Source: Octopus sinensis
Lineage: Eukaryota
Assembly (NCBI RefSeq): GCF_006345805.1
Contig: NW_021826884.1
Coordinates: 1-11,807, forward strand
DNA length: 11,807 bases
Reading direction: 5' to 3'
The first letter of the stretch is position 1. Each line of letters opens with the position of its first letter. The translations under genes and the position numbers were made by a program. Of this stretch, positions 8,017 to 11,807 are shown piece by piece. Below the pieces are notes generated by a model. It saw nothing but the letters and a program-made list of their open reading frames with translations, made no database searches and had not been told where the DNA came from.

Positions 8017-8283
8017 GATATCATCCTCATCCTTTCTCATCTGCTCTCCATGCTCCCATACACTAGGTGGGTCATCACTGTCCAAGTCAGTTGTATCTGA
8101 AATTACTGCCAACCGTCATTTGTTGAGGAAATCATCTCACTTAAACATTGCAGCTTTTCTAAGGTGGTAGACCCTTTCTAACCCCAACCACTTTATAAAG
8201 GGTCCTGGGTATATTTTATTGTCGCACAAGCATTAGAAATGATCATCAATTTCCCAACAATATCAAACGTTCCTTTCAAACTT
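8017..8283 (+). repeat. Diverged duplicated block (old retroelement-derived sequence) paired with 10215-10468
   Basis: Example alignment: gcttttctaaggtggtagaccctttctaaccccaaccactttataaagggtcctggg versus gcttttctatggtgatgtgcctttcctaacatcaaccactttaaaaagggccttggg. Confidence 0.8.
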
Positions 8284-8592
8284 GTGGTGTCATCTTTCCT
8301 AGTTTCCACCAACCACTTCCTGGTGTGTTCTGGGAGCATTTAATTATAGCACAAGTAGTAATCAAGTTGTGTTACATTCTACATAATTAGACGGTCCTCA
8401 CTACTCTATGATGTTTTGGTTCACTGAAGCTGATGACATTTTCAGGAGGTGAGAAGGGAATGTGATGACAAAAGAATCAGGATGCGGGGAGAGAAATTTG
8501 CAATACCCCCTCTCCCGGCTGTGGTGTCTTTGTCTTACATGTCTTTTGGCTAAATATGCCAGTACTTGTGCTTTATAAAAAGGGGCCACGTA

Positions 8593-8762
8593 CACTCTGT
8601 GAGGTGGTTGGCATCAATAAGAACATCCTACCATAGAAAACCATGCCAAAGAAACCATCTGGGGCCTGGTGCAGTTGTCTGGCTTGTCAGATCCTGTCAA
8701 GATTTCCAACCCATTCCAGCATGGAAAACAAACTTTGAATGTTGATGATGATGATGATGATG
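8593..8762 (+). mobile_element. 5'-truncated RTE-related 3' end/SINE with a (GAT)n tail
   Basis: cactctg..gtggttggc...ccaacccattccagcatggaaaac followed by (gat)n at 8743-8762; inverted homolog of 5258-5425. Confidence 0.8.
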
Positions 8763-8891
8763 CTGTCTTCCAGTAACTCATCATAATTCTTTGTCTTAGA
8801 TTGTTACAGTAGTTTCCTGTCTGGTATAACATATTAGCTCAGTATAATAATATCGATTGTGGAAACCGGTTCAGTGATTTTGATAACATTC

Positions 8892-9511
8892 ATATTGAAC
8901 AGAGAACATATGTTCACATTTGAACAAAACATTGATGTTAACATATGCAATACATGGAAAGGAATGAACGTATGAGATTCCAGTGTGACTTGAACTCACA
9001 ACTCTTTTCTAACTATATATATATATAATTATTGCTTGTTACGATGTTTGAATAACGTTTACTGTCCATATATAGACATCGTTATGCTGACAATTGTTGG
9101 GTTTGAGATGGTTTCAATTGTAAGAGAGTCACTGTTTTCCGTCTTTCACATTTTGGTTTTACTTCCGACTTGATTGTTCTGTTGAAATTAGATCATGGAA
9201 CCTGGTCATTGTTATTTGACCAAGAAAAGAATTCATCATTAGTATTCGGTACTGGAAATGGTTACATTTTTCTATGGTTTCTCATGGAACTACCATAATA
9301 TCAACTGTGCTGAGACACAACCTTATTCATTGTAACAAATGTCACATGTTCTTCACACAGATTTTATACAATCTATATTGATAGTTAGTGTTTATACGCC
9401 GCATCAACATGATAATTAATCAGCTATCATTCATTAACTCTCTTAAACTTGTCTGTGTGAAAGTTCCATAGCATTATCTTGTACCCTCATCTGATATTTT
9501 ACACCTTGTTA
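8892..9511 (+). repeat. Duplicated intron-plus-terminal-exon block, copy C (older, more diverged)
   Basis: Colinear motifs shared with A and B: tattgaac..gaacat, gtgtgacttga.ctcacaaa, gtcattgttatttgacca, ctcatggaactaccataatat, ctgtgctgagacacaa, catgataattaat, ttcattaactctctta, tgtaccctca. Confidence 0.88.
9472..9494 (+). CDS. Candidate terminal mini-exon C: (A)LSCTLI*, CaaX-like C-terminus
   Basis: Acceptor gttccatag|CA; phase 1 reading (G)CA TTA TCT TGT ACC CTC ATC TGA. The stop is at the same position as in exon A but uses a different codon. Confidence 0.58.
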
Positions 9512-9670
9512 CCCTCAAAGTTAACATAACTTTTATATGGGTACACAACCACATCCCTACGAACTAGTTTTTACAGATGTATGCCCTTCCCACAATAATA
9601 AAGTGTTGATTATCAATAACTATAATGAAATTATACTATAAAACGTAAAACTTGAAAATATTCATTTCAA

Positions 9671-9718
9671 AGACTCCAACTTCTGTGAAGGATGCCTTGA
9701 CAACATCACAGCCAGTTG
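9671..9718 (+). pseudogene. Spacer exon 3 (phase 1-1): (E)TPTSVKDALTTSQPV; acceptor mutated AG to AA
   Basis: cttgaaaatattcatttcaa|AGACTCCAA versus cttggaaatatttatttcag|AGGCTCCAA at 4928. The donor GTTG|gtgaga is intact and the 48-nt frame is open. Confidence 0.55.
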
Positions 9719-10214
9719 GTGAGAAGCAAATAACAGTACCTCATGGATTTCTATAAATTTAACCTTCACCTGAGCATTTGTAGTTTATCAGAATGACTGA
9801 GGACAAGATCCATTCCTAATTTACATCTGAAATATTAGCTGTATAATAATTCTATTAGACATTTTGATATCAATGGAATTTCACAAAATAGTTAACGGGG
9901 TTGGCATGGTTCGGTAAATGGATAATTTAGAAGACAATAGAATTAATACTGTATTTTGAAACGGAGGACTAAGATATGTAGTTACTAAGTTTACTGATAG
10001 GTTATTGCTGTTGTTGTTATTTAGGCAAATATCTCTCATAATGTGACAGATTTACAATGAAATGTGTTCCGTATGTGAACACCCTGCCTTTTTCTTTCAC
10101 TGATAATAAATTTATCATTACATCCCCTAAACATTGTCTTTATCCATGTAAAAGCATTAGGTTTGATGCTGAGACAACCGTTCTCTCTCTCCCTCTCTCT
10201 CCAAGATAGACACT

Positions 10215-10468
10215 GATGACCCTCATCATTTATCATCTGATGTCTATGCTCCTATCGATTGGATGGATGATTCCTATCCATGTCAGTTCTTATTAACAAA
10301 TACTGTCCGCCTTGATTGGATGAGGAACACATTCCGGCTTTTCTATGGTGATGTGCCTTTCCTAACATCAACCACTTTAAAAAGGGCCTTGGGCACAATT
10401 TTGCTCCAAAAGCCCTAGAAAAAAAAATGATCATGTCGTCAACAAAATTAAACGCTCCTCTTTAACTT
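10215..10468 (+). repeat. Diverged duplicated block paired with 8017-8283
   Basis: See 8017-8283; both copies lie about 400-550 bp downstream of a spacer exon. Confidence 0.8.
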
Positions 10469-10769
10469 CTACAAGGAAATTCTGTTTGCAGATACTGAGA
10501 ACAGAAAGCTAAAATACAATAAAGATGAACTGGATGGATATATGCAGGAGATCCAAAGCAAAAGCAATGATTCCCATTCATAGACAGTTTGAATGTCCAT
10601 TGAAACCAGCATCAAATACCGATTGATTAGTTCAGAACAACTCAATTAGATACTTAGATTTAATCATGAAAGAGAAGAACAAGAACAAGTTGTATTCACA
10701 AAGAGTCAACTGTAAATCTACAGAATAATGAATATGGAACTAAAAGTATCTCGAAGACTGGAATCCTCT

Positions 10770-11465
10770 GGCATTCCTGGCTGTGTGGAACATGTGTCTT
10801 AAATCTAGGATGTGATACAAGACGGAAAGAAATAAAAAGGGATTGAATGTTGTGTGATTTGATCTGGTTTATGGTTCTCTAGCAAACAAATTATTGATGG
10901 AAGCAGTGGACCTGTTTTATATATGAGAAAAGATTAAGGATCTGATGAGGAGCTGCTATAACAATTTCAATATGCAGTTCTTGAGGAAAACTTTCTCGGC
11001 AGACTGGTATCATTTTGAAGCAGGAATTGCTGTAGTTTCTACAATATCAGTCATTTGGTTTGTGATTGTTATGGAGATGTTACTTAAATCAGCAGATTGA
11101 TAAGAAATGGCTCAAAGGAAAACACTGGAGAAGACATTAATGGATTACATAACAATAGTAACAACAAATAAAAGGATATGCAAATAGTTCTGGATTAACT
11201 GGGTAGACTGAGGAACTTGGTGAAGAATGTGGTTCAATGCAAATGAGTAATGAAGCCAGTCATTTCTGAAAGGTCAGCAGAAAGAAAACAAAGGTCAAAA
11301 TAGCAGGAGAAACCCTGATGAAGTTTAAAGGGAAACTTGAAAAACTATTACGACGATGGTACACTACCTAATTTTGCAATAAGAGTAAAGGCATTGAGAT
11401 CAAGTCACAGAACGAAGATGGTTAAAAGAAACAAATATGCCAAACATTCTGGAAAATAAAAGATT
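10770..11465 (+). pseudogene. Decayed reverse transcriptase of an R2-group (RLE-type, HERO-like) non-LTR retrotransposon; may extend upstream to ~10490
   Basis: With stops and frameshifts: GIPGCVEHVS*I*DVIQDGKK..GLNVV*FDL..VYGSLANKLLMEAVDLFY...IKDLMRSCYNNFNMQF...SADWYHFEAGIAVVSTISVIWFVIVMEMLLKSAD...TLMDYITIVTT. These correspond to the GC-x-EH, WLDLxNAYGS, GIxxGCTISxxxF and FMDD motifs. Confidence 0.8.
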
Positions 11466-11807
11466 TGGAGCTCGCACTTTGTATTCCCGTCTTTCTTATA
11501 TATTTTTGAGTATCAGTCCTTTTGTACCATTTCAGATGTCTTCACTGCAATAATGTGTAGATGTCCAGTTGTATGTAGTGAATGGGGTTTTGTGCAAGTG
11601 TACATTGTTTTAGGACACCTGATATCACTTTTTGTGTCATCTTTGGAGAACTGATCATTGCTCACCTGTATTAAGGAGTCTTAAAATATTCCCTGCACCA
11701 GATAATGACCAGGTGAACTGGGATGTGGGATGATAAAATTCAAGATTTCCAACAGCAAAGAGAACAGGTATTACGTTTATTTTACTTGAAGTGGTGTGTC
11801 ATGCAAT

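Noticed and set aside
11536-11660. Second RING exon (ag|A TGT CTT CAC TGC resembles the start of 2869)
   Set aside because: Similarity ends after about 12 nt; the frame stops at TAG after CLHCNNV and has no RING spacing.

Overview
AT-rich, repeat-dense, intron-containing animal DNA. The repeat families suggest an octopod or other cephalopod; this is an inference. The window holds the 3' part of a plus-strand gene. One clear Mind-bomb-like RING-finger exon (2869-3011) is followed by a tandem array of degenerate exon-intron units. Each unit pairs a tiny phase-1 terminal exon with a short phase-1/phase-1 spacer exon. Two of the three terminal exons end in a CaaX-like motif followed by a stop (GTSCTLT* at 4336-4358, ALSCTLI* at 9472-9494), and the middle copy has lost that stop. 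The spacer exons are at 4928-5005, 7602-7652 and 9671-9718, and two carry single-base splice-site lesions. The rest is transposon debris: two Helitron-like 5' ends (one joined to a helicase fragment), a 166-bp tandem array, a mariner element with 161-bp TIRs and an internally inverted transposase, a tRNA-derived SINE, RTE-type LINE pieces, and a decayed R2-group (HERO-like) reverse transcriptase. All alignments and translations were done by eye; no database searches were run.
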